Shown here one piece after another: positions 1 to 9,656 of a stretch of 64,000 nt of DNA. The stretch is from assembly GCA_002328585.1 (NCBI GenBank), contig DCUV01000057.1, forward strand, positions 7,679 to 71,678, written 5' to 3'. The position numbers were made by a program, and so were the translations under genes. Source of the DNA: Spirochaetia bacterium UBA2205. GTDB lineage: Bacteria > Spirochaetota > UBA4802 > UB4802. The notes under the pieces are model-generated. The model was not told where the DNA came from. It worked only from the letters and a program-made list of their open reading frames with translations, and made no database searches. Position 1 is the first letter of the stretch. Each line of letters begins with the position of its first letter.

Positions 1-1307
1 TTGCTGATATCACCGGTATAGAGCCATCCATCACGTAATGTTTTTGCTGTTTCATCAGGCATCTTGTAATATCCGCTCATTACCTGTGGTCCTCGGATAC
101 ATAATTCACCTTCCTCTCCAATTTTCATCTCTTTTGTCCCCTCATCCAGATCAACTATCTTACATTCAGTATCAGGAATTGGCAAACCAATGGAACCCGG
201 AATTGTCTTTCCACCATAAGGATTGATTGTTACAACAGGAGTTGTTTCGGATAAGCCGTATCCTTCGCATATCGGTGCACCTGTTTTTGCTTCAAACTCT
301 CTAATAACATCAACTGGCAACGGAGCGGCACCTGAAAAACAACCTTTGATAGTTGAAATATCGGATTCTTTAATCTTTGGATGGTTTAAAAGCCCAACAT
401 AGAACGTTGGAACAGCAGGCATAAAATCAACTTTATGTTTTATTAATGCTTCTAATACTGCTCCTGCCTCAGGACGTGGTATTAAAACCTGAGTCCATCC
501 ATGAAATGCACTAATATTCATAACCGTTGTCATGCCAAATGAGTGGAAATATGGCAACACCCCAATACTGGTCAATTCACCACGTTTAAATTCAGGAAAC
601 CATGCCTTTATCTGCTGTACATTCGATGAAAGGTTTTTATGTGAAAGCATTGCACCCTTACTAACAGCAGTTGTACCACCCGTATACTGCAAAGTTGCCA
701 GATCATTAAATTTAGCCATATTCCCTGGATCTTTATCAGGATACTTTTTTAAAAGATCTGTCCATTCATATACCTCTGGCGTTGGAGGAATATTTTTATG
801 ATTGGCTTTGGCAACAATTGGTAAAAGCTGCTTTTTAGGAAATCCCAAATGGTCACGGATATGAGCTACAATAATCTTTTTCACCTGTGTTTTAGGTCGT
901 AATGCAATCATACGGGGACCTAACAGATCAAGGGTAATGAGCACTGTTGATTCTGAGTTATTTAACTGGTGTTCCAATTCATGATCCGTATATAGCGGAT
1001 TATTCATAACCACTACTGCTCCTATCTTCCATGCTGCATATGAACCAATGACTATCTGCGGCATGTTTGGCATGAGCATTGCCACTTTATCTCCCGGTTT
1101 AACACCTAAATCAATCAATGCATTGGCAATTTTATTAACCATTGACTGCATCTTTTTAAAACTAATTTTTGCATCCAGAAAGATCATTGCATTTTTACTG
1201 GGGAAATCTTTTGCAGATCTTTCAAAACCATGCACAACAGTTATCTCATCATATTTGATGGTATGCGGGACACCTGGTGCATAAGATTTCAACCAAATCT
1301 TTTCCAT
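1..1307 (-). CDS. fadD: Long-chain fatty acid--CoA ligase (AMP-binding); 3' end runs off the window
   Basis: Missed by the ORF track. Manual translation from ATG at 1307 (RBS GGAGG) gives MEKIWLKSYAPGVP..., with ANL motifs LQYTGGTTAVSKGAMLSHKN, EGYGLSET and WLYTGDI. Confidence 0.92.
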   Translation of the reverse strand, partial: MEKIWLKSYAPGVPHTIKYDEITVVHGFERSAKDFPSKNAMIFLDAKISFKKMQSMVNKIANALIDLGVKPGDKVAMLMPNMPQIVIGSYAAWKIGAVVVMNNPLYTDHELEHQLNNSESTVLITLDLLGPRMIALRPKTQVKKIIVAHIRDHLGFPKKQLLPIVAKANHKNIPPTPEVYEWTDLLKKYPDKDPGNMAKFNDLATLQYTGGTTAVSKGAMLSHKNLSSNVQQIKAWFPEFKRGELTSIGVLPYFHSFGMTTVMNISAFHGWTQVLIPRPEAGAVLEALIKHKVDFMPAVPTFYVGLLNHPKIKESDISTIKGCFSGAAPLPVDVIREFEAKTGAPICEGYGLSETTPVVTINPYGGKTIPGSIGLPIPDTECKIVDLDEGTKEMKIGEEGELCIRGPQVMSGYYKMPDETAKTLRDGWLYTGDIS

Positions 1308-1697
1308 TATACAAACCTCCTGTGTCATTTTGTAAATTATAATTATTAAGAATACATTTACTGGTAAAAATGATGGACAATGAAATACAACATATATAGC
1401 ACCATATTAAAAATTATTACCATACATTGTCAACCAATTATTTATATATAACATTTTTATTTTTTTATTGATATATAACTACAAAACATATCTATATATA
1501 TATTATAATTTATATAGAAAAAATTAACATGTATTTCCCTGTATACTTTAAATTTGTTTATCACATTAGCTGTAATTTTGTCGTCTGTATTGAGTCATCA
1601 ATGGACATTATGCAATAACTTCGTATTGAATTTTTAATTGAAAAATTATATGGTTTTCATTACATAGTAGCAAGCTTATTATAAGGAGAAAGTTACT

Positions 1698-2240
1698 ATG
1701 GAAAGCAAAAAAATTTTTTCTAGAACCATCGATATAGTTAGTTATCAGGATGGACCTGATTCAGTTCTTATTCAAGGTGAAATCAAAGACACACGCCTGT
1801 GTCAAAATTATCTGGTAACTGGAGAAAAACAAAACCCGGGCATACTGCACAATATGATCATTGCAATGCGTGTTAGCGGCAGTAACCTGGTAATAAGTGA
1901 TATACAGGTAACAATGAAACAATATACACGCGAAGAATGTGCAGACGCAAATTATAATATTCAAAAATTAAACGGGATTTCTATAACAAAGGGTTTTACA
2001 AAAGCTGTAAAAGATGCTATTGGCGGTACAAAAGGTTGTTCGCATGTAACAAATTGTATTCTTGCTATGGGGCCTGCCGCTGTTCAGAGTTACTGGGCTA
2101 TGAAAGCTCAACAACCAGTTTCAAAAGAATTTGATAGTGGCGGCTCAATGTCTCAATATTTGATAGACACCTGTCATGTATGGCTGAAAGATGGCCCTAT
2201 GGTAAAAAATTTAGCTGAGATAGTCAATAAATTAAAATAA
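1698..2240 (+). CDS. DUF2889-family protein
   Basis: RBS AAGGAG; SRTI...G.IKDTR...LHNM...C...GF.K.V....GG.KGC.H...IDTCHVW pattern typical of DUF2889. Confidence 0.75.
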   Translation: MESKKIFSRTIDIVSYQDGPDSVLIQGEIKDTRLCQNYLVTGEKQNPGILHNMIIAMRVSGSNLVISDIQVTMKQYTREECADANYNIQKLNGISITKGFTKAVKDAIGGTKGCSHVTNCILAMGPAAVQSYWAMKAQQPVSKEFDSGGSMSQYLIDTCHVWLKDGPMVKNLAEIVNKLK

Positions 2241-2248
2241 TATTTTAG

Positions 2249-3253
2249 TTATGCAAAGTGGTCCCATCCCCCTGGTTTAATATTAATCAGTGAGCCATCT
2301 CTCTTTTTCATTACATAATTTTTATCATGTGTTATTATTCCTATTTTATAGATTGCTCTATTAAATGTATTATAAAAATTTTTTTCTAATTGCAACGAAG
2401 TCTTTTCATCAACAGTGCAAACCAGCACATAATCTTCGCCGCCCGACAATGCATAGTCAATAGCGTTTAATGCATTATCATCGCAGTACTGTTGCAACTG
2501 GGGTGAAATTGGTATGGATTTTTCGTCCACTATAAATCCAACGTTACTTTCCTCCGCAATGTGCATAAGATCAGAGCTTAACCCATCACTTACATCTATA
2601 CAGGAATGGACTGCACCCGTATTGCTTAAAAACAAACCCTCTTCAACATGAGGTCGTGGTAATGTATGCGCATGGAGCAACTCTTTTTCATAGTCATGCT
2701 GTGGATTTTTATTTTGTAAAATAAAATCCAATCCCGCCCTGCTATCGCCCAAAAAACCTGTACAATAGATAGCATCACCAGCTTTTGCGGTATTACGATA
2801 CAATATGTTATTTTTTTTTGCAGCTCCTGTAACAGCAACATTAATTATTAAATCAGTTTTTGATGATGTTGTGTCACCACCCAGTATGTTGACACTATAC
2901 AGTTGAGCCAATTGTTTCATCCCCCTGTATAGTTCATCCAGATACTCAAGCGGTGTTTCTATTGGGATTCCTATGCTTACAAAGGCATGCTGAGGTTTAG
3001 CTCCCATAGCTGCAATATCACTCAGGTTAACCGCCAGCGATTTATATCCCAGCTCATAACCTTGGACAGATTCTTTTATAAAGTGAATTCTTTCCACAAG
3101 CAAATCGGTGGTAAGCACTATACATTCATTGTGGTCCACTGTAAACACGGCTGCATCGTCACCTATAGCGCGCAATACATTTCTATCATCATAAATAGTG
3201 TCGGGGGTTATGCGCTTAATAAAACCAAATTCACCGATATCATTAAGTTTCAT
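2249..3253 (-). CDS. thiL: Thiamine-monophosphate kinase
   Basis: GEFGFI, IGDDAA, TTD, AVNLSDIAAMG, GGDT, IDVSDGL, GGEDY motifs. Confidence 0.97.
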   Translation of the reverse strand: MKLNDIGEFGFIKRITPDTIYDDRNVLRAIGDDAAVFTVDHNECIVLTTDLLVERIHFIKESVQGYELGYKSLAVNLSDIAAMGAKPQHAFVSIGIPIETPLEYLDELYRGMKQLAQLYSVNILGGDTTSSKTDLIINVAVTGAAKKNNILYRNTAKAGDAIYCTGFLGDSRAGLDFILQNKNPQHDYEKELLHAHTLPRPHVEEGLFLSNTGAVHSCIDVSDGLSSDLMHIAEESNVGFIVDEKSIPISPQLQQYCDDNALNAIDYALSGGEDYVLVCTVDEKTSLQLEKNFYNTFNRAIYKIGIITHDKNYVMKKRDGSLINIKPGGWDHFA

Positions 3254-3891
3254 GATTTGATTTCCTTAACTTTTTTTATGATTGTGGCAAGTTTGGTTGC
3301 TGCATGGCAGGGATCATCCGCACAAACAATGGCCGAAACAACAGCTAAACAGTCAGATCCATGTAGTAAAACATCTTCAGCGTTGTGAAGATTTATACCG
3401 CCAATGGCAACAACGGGTATCGTTACAGCATCGTTCATTTCCTGCAATCCTTCCAATCCTAACGGCGCTGCGGTATCAGTTTTGGTTGGGGTGGCAAATA
3501 CAGGGCTTGCACCTATATAATCAGCCCCACCGTTTTGCGCTTCAATTGCCTCATTAATTGTGGAAGCCGTTATACCAATGATCATTCGATGAGGAAGCAA
3601 TTTTCGAGCATTTGCTAATGGCATGTCATCCTGCCCTAAATGGACACCATCAGCATCTACTGCAAGCGCCACATCTATACGATCATTGATTATTAAAGGA
3701 ACATTATGTCTGATAGTAATATTTTTAACAGTTTTTGCCAGTGCAACAAAATTTTTTGTAGCAATATTTTTTTCCCGCAACTGTACGCAATCAACCCCTC
3801 CCCGTATAGCTTCTTCAACAAGCACCTCAATAGGTTTTTTTGCCAATCCACTGTCGGTAACCAAATATAATGAAGATGTAAATCGTTTCAT
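3250..3891 (-). CDS. thiE: Thiamine-phosphate synthase
   Basis: LYLVTD, VQLREK, IINDRIDVA, GVHLGQDD, TPTK, AIGGI motifs. Confidence 0.97.
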   Translation of the reverse strand: MKRFTSSLYLVTDSGLAKKPIEVLVEEAIRGGVDCVQLREKNIATKNFVALAKTVKNITIRHNVPLIINDRIDVALAVDADGVHLGQDDMPLANARKLLPHRMIIGITASTINEAIEAQNGGADYIGASPVFATPTKTDTAAPLGLEGLQEMNDAVTIPVVAIGGINLHNAEDVLLHGSDCLAVVSAIVCADDPCHAATKLATIIKKVKEIKS

Positions 3892-3896
3892 GGTAA

Positions 3897-4673
3897 TTAC
3901 CTCTTTTTTCCTATAATAAGTTCTGCTACTATTTTTCCGGATAGCAACATCCCTCCAAATATAGGTCCCATTCGCGGAGCTCCAAATACTGCATTGGCTG
4001 CCATCCCTGCAACATAAAGACCATGATACACTTCTTTTGTGTTTTCCAATGTAAGTTTTTCTGCCTTATCAGCCCACATATATTTTTCACCTTCTATAGT
4101 TCCGGATGGGGTGTTAAGCTGCCCCGGTAATTTTTTTACCAGCACCTTAACAACCTCAGTATCATGACCCGTGCTATCGATTACATAGTTACTTTTTACC
4201 GTTAACGGATCTACATGTAGTTTTGCAATATCAACAGCCGACCAATTTATTACCAAACCACATATTCTATCATTATGAATCATGACATCTTCCACACTAA
4301 TGCAATTAAATATTTGCAACCCGGCTTTAATAGCTTTAGCAGTTATAGCACATACACATTCTATTGCATCAGCTGTATAATAAGTATCGTTATAGTGAGT
4401 ATAGGTAACATCAAGTTCCTGTAAAAGCGGAAGTGCTTCTTCCTGTATTACTATCTCATTAAATTGCATTCCACCACCCCACATACCACCACCAATTGAA
4501 AGCTTTCTTTCAAAAAGAACTGTTTTTATGTTATTTTTTGATAGATAGTACCCCGCTATCAAACCTGAAGGGCCTCCACCTACTATGGCAACATCTGATA
4601 CCAATGCACCTTTGAGCTTATTAAAATATTTTTCTATAATGGCAGTAGTTATTGTTATTTCATTTAATTCCAT
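3897..4673 (-). CDS. thi4: Thi4-family thiazole synthase, His-type (sulfide-dependent)
   Basis: [40 protein letters not shown]. Confidence 0.95.
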   Translation of the reverse strand: MELNEITITTAIIEKYFNKLKGALVSDVAIVGGGPSGLIAGYYLSKNNIKTVLFERKLSIGGGMWGGGMQFNEIVIQEEALPLLQELDVTYTHYNDTYYTADAIECVCAITAKAIKAGLQIFNCISVEDVMIHNDRICGLVINWSAVDIAKLHVDPLTVKSNYVIDSTGHDTEVVKVLVKKLPGQLNTPSGTIEGEKYMWADKAEKLTLENTKEVYHGLYVAGMAANAVFGAPRMGPIFGGMLLSGKIVAELIIGKKR

Positions 4674-4694
4674 ATCGTTACCCCCTGTGCATAC

Positions 4695-5495
4695 TTATAT
4701 AGCAAATTTTGCATATTGCTCTAACTCTACAGGAGTGATTGAATACAGTTTGTCCAGTAAAGCAATCATAAAGCTGCCCGGCGCTATTGCTTCTTTTGCT
4801 GCCAGTTCACCGGCAATACCAAAATACGCCAGTGCCGATGCAGCAGATTTTAGATAGTCACTTTCAACTGCACAAAATGTTCCAATCAACGCTGTTGCTG
4901 TACAGCCCGTTCCTGTTACATAACTCATCAATGAATGGCCATTGCTTACTTTTATTGTTGCATTTCCATCGGTGATAACATCAGTAGCTCCTGTTACAGC
5001 AACAACTGCGTTATAGCGTAACGATAGTTCTAATGCAACATCAGTTGCTTCATCAACTCCATGTTGTGAATCAACACCTTTTGTTTGCGAGTGACTATCG
5101 GTCAAAGCTAAAATCTCAGAAGCATTACCACGAATAACAGAAATTTTGGCTGCTCTTAAAATCCTCAATGCAGCTGTAGTTCGGAAATTTGTAGCACCTA
5201 CTCCGACAGGATCAAGAATGATGGGAATTCCCTTTTTATTTGCTTCGCTGGCAGCAATAATCATAGAACGAATCCATTCTTCTTCAAGAGTGCCAATATT
5301 AATAACAAGAGCATTTGCAATACCAACCATCTCGCGTACCTCATTATATGCATGTGCCATGACCGGTGAAGCACCACATGCTAAAAGTGCATTTGCAGTA
5401 TAATTCATAACCACATAATTGGTAATATTATGGATGAGTGGTTTTTGTGCTCTGATTTTTTTTAAGGTTTCTCCGGCATATTCATGTAGATTCAT
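4695..5495 (-). CDS. thiM: Hydroxyethylthiazole kinase
   Basis: PLIHNITNYV, GASPVMA, NIGTL, LDPVG, RGNASEI, KGVDS, VTGTGC. Confidence 0.97.
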   Translation of the reverse strand: MNLHEYAGETLKKIRAQKPLIHNITNYVVMNYTANALLACGASPVMAHAYNEVREMVGIANALVINIGTLEEEWIRSMIIAASEANKKGIPIILDPVGVGATNFRTTAALRILRAAKISVIRGNASEILALTDSHSQTKGVDSQHGVDEATDVALELSLRYNAVVAVTGATDVITDGNATIKVSNGHSLMSYVTGTGCTATALIGTFCAVESDYLKSAASALAYFGIAGELAAKEAIAPGSFMIALLDKLYSITPVELEQYAKFAI

Positions 5496-5520
5496 TGTAT
5501 TACTCCAAAAAAATAGTATA

Positions 5521-5668
5521 GTGCTGTTAGCAACCGAAGAATCTACCCTTTACCATAACGACAAGATTCTTCACTTCGTTTAGAATGACACAACCCCATA
5601 TTGTCATTACGGACCTGATCCGTAATCTATTTTTCACCATGAGATCCTGAATCAGAGTTCAGGATGAC
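5521..5668. repeat. REP/REPIN-like palindrome cluster (family A doublet plus family B doublet)
   Basis: TTAGCAACCGAAGAATCT...AACGACAAGATTCTTCACTTCGTTTAGAATGAC, then GTCATTACGGACCTGATCCGTAATCT...GAGATCCTGAATCAGAGTTCAGGATGAC; homologous to the clusters at 58697 and 63442. Confidence 0.8.
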
Positions 5669-6966
5669 TCAACATCTCCATCATTATGCAATAATTCACA
5701 TTCATTGTGTATGTTAATTGCACAGAGCTTACCGCACATTGTGCATACCTTTTCATTATAATCTTCACTGTTACTGCGCCGCTGTTTTGCCATATCCGGG
5801 TCAATTGCCCTGCTTATCATCCCTTCCCAGTTTAAGGATTTTCTGAATTGTGACATTTCAAAATCCTGCTGCAGCGCTTTGGGTATGCCCTTTGCAACAT
5901 CAGCCGAATGAGCTGCAATACGTGTTCCAATAACTCCCAGCCGTACATCATCAATAGTTGGTAAGCATAGATGCTCAGCAGGGGTAACATAACATAAAAA
6001 ATCAGCGCCAGCATAGGCAGCGATAGCTCCTCCAATCGCTCCCACAATATGATCATATCCTGGGGCAATATCGGTTGTCAGTGGCCCCAGCACATAGAAT
6101 GGTGCATTATCGCAGATTCTTTTTTGTAACACAATGTTTGCCGCTATCTGATCCATGGGAACATGGCCCGGTCCCTCAACTATCACCTGCACTCCTGCAT
6201 CACGGGCTCTTTGTACAAGGTCACCCAATATAATAAGTTCTTCTATCTGTGCAGCATCGGTTGCATCGGCTGTTGCACCCGGGCGAAGTCCATCACCTAA
6301 ACTAAGCGTGACATCATACTTATGAGCTATCGCACATAATTTTTCATAGTCCTCATAAAGTGGATTTTCCCTGTTATGATGCTTCATCCATGCTGAAAGC
6401 AGTGAACCCCCACGGCTCACAATACCCATAACCCTTCTTTGCCTGGATGCCAATTCCATACTCTTTTGCGTAACACCACAATGGACAGTCATATAATCAA
6501 TACCATCCTGGCATTGCTTTTCAATTGCTTCAAAAAGCTGATTGTTCGACATGTGGAGTATTGACCTATTGTTAGCTGCAAGCTCAGCAGCAACCCGGTA
6601 AATAGGTACTGCACCAACCATAACATTTGAATGTTGCAGTATCATTGTCCGTATTGCTGCCAGATTGCCGCCTGTTGAAAGATCCATAACGCTATCAGCA
6701 CCATAATACACCGCTGTTTCCAATTTTTTGCGTTCTTCATCAATATCACTATGGTCGGTTGATGTTCCAATGTTGGCATTAACCTTGGTAAGCAACCCCT
6801 TCCCTATTGCACGTACATTGAAATTCCGCTTTATATTTTTTGGAATAACAGCCCACCCCTTTGCCATTAATTGCAAAAGTTCTTCGGGTTTCATACCTTC
6901 AAATGCTGCTGCCTGTTTCATGGCTTCAGTTATGATACCCTGTTTTGCGTAGTCTAATTGTGTCAT
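5659..6966 (-). CDS. thiC: Phosphomethylpyrimidine synthase
   Basis: [53 protein letters not shown]; directly downstream of the TPP riboswitch. Confidence 0.95.
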   Translation of the reverse strand: MTQLDYAKQGIITEAMKQAAAFEGMKPEELLQLMAKGWAVIPKNIKRNFNVRAIGKGLLTKVNANIGTSTDHSDIDEERKKLETAVYYGADSVMDLSTGGNLAAIRTMILQHSNVMVGAVPIYRVAAELAANNRSILHMSNNQLFEAIEKQCQDGIDYMTVHCGVTQKSMELASRQRRVMGIVSRGGSLLSAWMKHHNRENPLYEDYEKLCAIAHKYDVTLSLGDGLRPGATADATDAAQIEELIILGDLVQRARDAGVQVIVEGPGHVPMDQIAANIVLQKRICDNAPFYVLGPLTTDIAPGYDHIVGAIGGAIAAYAGADFLCYVTPAEHLCLPTIDDVRLGVIGTRIAAHSADVAKGIPKALQQDFEMSQFRKSLNWEGMISRAIDPDMAKQRRSNSEDYNEKVCTMCGKLCAINIHNECELLHNDGDVESS

Positions 6967-6983
6967 AAAGTTACCCCCACAAC

Positions 6984-7016
6984 AAAAAAACCGCTCAGCG
7001 ATTGAGCGGTTTTTTT
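6984..7016 (-). terminator. Intrinsic terminator (riboswitch expression platform)
   Basis: AAAAAAACCGCTCA-gcgat-TGAGCGGTTTTTTT hairpin with U-tract on the minus strand, between the aptamer and the thiC start. Confidence 0.85.
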
Positions 7017-7044
7017 ACATTAATACTAGTATAAAAGCATTGTA

Positions 7045-7134
7045 CAAACTGCTCCCTCCGCTGGCATTACCCAGTTCAGGTTCAACGGGTATACTCTCAG
7101 GCTTGTGCATCCGCACAAACCACCCCTAGTTTAA
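7045..7134 (-). ncRNA. TPP riboswitch (THI element)
   Basis: Minus strand: aaactAGGGGtg...gcCTGAGAgtataCCCgttgAACCTGaactggGTAATGCCAGCGgAGGGAgcagttt, matching the TPP consensus; upstream of the thi operon. Confidence 0.96.
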
Positions 7135-7210
7135 AGAACATCATAGTATCATCATACTATATAGTAAAATACTATGACCACATAAAAAATCAAGAGAAAT
7201 ATTACAACAA

Positions 7211-7552
7211 TTAAATAAAATTTTTAAACTGGCGGCGCTCAGGAATGCTTTCGGGGTAACCGCCATTTTTTATAAATTGCGGATCATTATATAAGCCACA
7301 GTAACAGCTACCGTATTCCTGTATATCTGGCGCGCAGTATTCACAGGGACATATGATATCCTTATCTTTTTCTCGTATGCCGTCAGCGTCCCTGCAAGGG
7401 CACGAATAATAGCCGTAACGATTATAATTTGTTGTTAAGCCTTCAACCAGAATATCCAGAAATTCTTTATCAGGATGCAATACCCAGCTATGCTTGGCAG
7501 CTACCATCTGTGCAAATTGCAGGGTATTTTGTAATGTTTTTGTTTTCATCAT
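7211..7552 (-). CDS. ftrC: Ferredoxin:thioredoxin (glutaredoxin) reductase catalytic subunit
   Basis: YG...CPCR...D.ICPC...G.CYCGLY [4Fe-4S]/disulfide motifs; C-terminal IPERR. Confidence 0.9.
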   Translation of the reverse strand: MMKTKTLQNTLQFAQMVAAKHSWVLHPDKEFLDILVEGLTTNYNRYGYYSCPCRDADGIREKDKDIICPCEYCAPDIQEYGSCYCGLYNDPQFIKNGGYPESIPERRQFKNFI

Positions 7553-7558
7553 TGTTTG

Positions 7559-7861
7559 CTACTCCATTTTTAATAATCGCCGCCATTCTTCTTCAATAAA
7601 TCCTGTAAAAAATGTGCTGTCATCAATAACTAAAAAAGGAAATGCAACATACATGTTTGATTTTTTTGCCAGATAGTCCTTTATATTGTTCTTTTCCTCT
7701 GATGACAGTAAATCAACATAAACAAATTTGTACTTTACGGAATTGTCATCAAGAAACTTTAATGCACGTTTACAATGTCCGCAGGTTGATAATGCATACA
7801 CGGTTATATCCCCTGGAGAAAGCAAACCATCTTTATAAGTAAAATTAATATTTTCAATCAT
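7559..7861 (-). CDS. Glutaredoxin/NrdH-like redoxin
   Basis: VYALSTCGHC, FP cis-Pro, GF motif; RBS GGGAGG; adjacent to FTR. Confidence 0.9.
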   Translation of the reverse strand: MIENINFTYKDGLLSPGDITVYALSTCGHCKRALKFLDDNSVKYKFVYVDLLSSEEKNNIKDYLAKKSNMYVAFPFLVIDDSTFFTGFIEEEWRRLLKME

Positions 7862-8109
7862 ATCAATCCTCCCATTATTGAACTATACCAGAGCTCAAAT
7901 TAACATTTTCAGGTCCAATTGGTTTTCCCTGTTCATGATCGTTGTATTTCATTTTATCTGTAAAATTGAGTTCTTCAAATTTTATAATTTGCAAGGTACC
8001 AATAATTAATTCACTACGAAATTTGAATATTCTTGTTTAAGATAATTCTATATTGTAAACTTCATCTTTGTCAATGTAAAATTCTGTGAAAAAAGAATTA
8101 AGCACTCCC

Positions 8110-8246
8110 GTCATGCAAGGCTTGACCAGGAATCTAAATATATACTATTAGATCTTGAATCGTGGTTCAGGATGACTTGCTATAATTCAATATGACATGC
8201 CCATGCCAGGACTAAATTTTTGGGACGCATTGCAATGCACCCCTGC
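8110..8246. repeat. Degenerate REP cluster (family B doublet 8110-8176 plus GGGACGCATTGCAATGCACCCC palindrome at ~8222-8244)
   Basis: GTCATGCAAGGCTTGACCAGGAATCT...AGATCTTGAATCGTGGTTCAGGATGAC. Confidence 0.7.
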
Positions 8247-8331
8247 AATACAAACATCCCTAAGAGGGTTGCCTCTTTATTTTTACTCCATGTGGACAGT
8301 TGTATGGTAACCGATTATTACCACATAAACA

Positions 8332-8358
8332 AAAAGCGATGACAGTGCATCGCTTTTT
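8332..8358. terminator. Intrinsic terminator downstream of the small ORF
   Basis: AAAAAGCGATG-acagtg-CATCGCTTTTT hairpin. Confidence 0.75.
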
Positions 8359-8389
8359 ATACATTATTAAAAATACTAATGAATTTGAA

Positions 8390-8572
8390 TTAATGCCCTT
8401 CTCGCAAGCTTTCAGCGGGTGGATAAATGCCCTTTGCTCTTCGATAAACGGCTATACCAAAACGGATACACCCACAGATTACCACCCACACTGCCATAAC
8501 AGAAATGATAGTAAGAGTATGCATTACCGCTGTATGATATTCACTAATCAGATATAGAATTAATTCATCCAT
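8390..8572 (-). CDS. Small single-pass membrane protein (60 aa), unknown function
   Basis: RBS GAGGTGA before ATG, one hydrophobic helix followed by basic RRAK, own terminator downstream. Confidence 0.6.
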   Translation of the reverse strand: MDELILYLISEYHTAVMHTLTIISVMAVWVVICGCIRFGIAVYRRAKGIYPPAESLREGH

Positions 8573-8969
8573 CACTCACCTCAAAAATGAAAGTTTTTTA
8601 TGATAAGTACAATAATAACTTTTAAATTTTCATTCAATATTGTCAATACAAAATTTTATAATTGAGAAAATTTTACCGGAAAATGTTGTTCATGATGAAA
8701 TTAAACCTGTGTTTCTTTTCATTAAAGGCTTTACAATATTGTTGTAAAAAGCGTGTTATACCCTCAGTATACTATTTTGAAGACATTGTATTTTGTTAAA
8801 AAGTGTTTGACTTTATAAATTACCATACAAATAATTAATATTAATGAGTAAATAGCCGTTTTTTTATGATTGTATCATCAGGTGCAACAAAAATATCATA
8901 CAAAACAAAGCAGCAATCATAGAAATAGCTATAGTTACTATTTAAAAAAGGTTTTGCCAATTTAACGCT

Positions 8970-9656
8970 ATGAGCATCGTTGACAACTATCATTACATAC
9001 AGTCTGAAATAAAAAATATTGCCCTTCGTTGCAACAGGAACCCTGATGATATTACACTTATAGCAGTAAGCAAAACATTCCCCCCTGAAATTATCCAGGA
9101 GGCTATTGATAATGGTGTTACTTTATTTGGCGAAAACAGGGTGCAGGAAGCAAAAGCAAAGATTCCGCAATTAAAGGGTAATTTTACGTTTCATCTGGTT
9201 GGACATCTTCAGTCAAACAAGGCAAAAGATGCCGTAAAACTGTTTGATTGCATTCATTCCATTGACAGGCTATCAACCGCAATTGAGGTTGACAAAGAAG
9301 CAAAAAAGATTGATACAATCCAGAAAATTTTAATTGAGGTTAACACCTCGGGGGAAGAATCAAAATTTGGCGTTGTGCCGTCACAAGCCATTGAATTATG
9401 CAAATCAATTCTGGATTTACACAATGTTCAATGTCGTGGTTTCATGACCGTAGGTCCTTTGACCGATGATCGTTTAGCAATACGGAATGCATTTGCATTA
9501 TTGAAAACATTACGGGATGAAATAAATATGAAACTGGGAACTTCATTACATGAGCTATCGATGGGGATGTCAGGAGATTACGATATAGCAATTGAAGAAG
9601 GCTCTACCATGCTTAGAATTGGAACTGCAATTTTTGGTAAAAGGATATCGCAATGA
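8970..9656 (+). CDS. yggS: PLP homeostasis protein
   Basis: LIAVSKT, FGENRVQE, HLVGHLQSNK, LSMGMSGDY, RIGTAIFG. Confidence 0.96.
   Translation: MSIVDNYHYIQSEIKNIALRCNRNPDDITLIAVSKTFPPEIIQEAIDNGVTLFGENRVQEAKAKIPQLKGNFTFHLVGHLQSNKAKDAVKLFDCIHSIDRLSTAIEVDKEAKKIDTIQKILIEVNTSGEESKFGVVPSQAIELCKSILDLHNVQCRGFMTVGPLTDDRLAIRNAFALLKTLRDEINMKLGTSLHELSMGMSGDYDIAIEEGSTMLRIGTAIFGKRISQ

Noticed and set aside
38-1284. Three plus-strand ORFs (38, 532, 1048)
   Set aside because: Antisense to the continuous acyl-CoA ligase frame on the minus strand
5659-6966. BzaF/BzaAB (benzimidazole synthesis) instead of ThiC
   Set aside because: The TPP riboswitch and thiM/thi4/thiE/thiL context indicate thiamine synthesis
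8300-8557. 85-aa plus-strand ORF
   Set aside because: TTG start with no convincing RBS, runs through a terminator hairpin, and is antisense to the better-supported small membrane ORF
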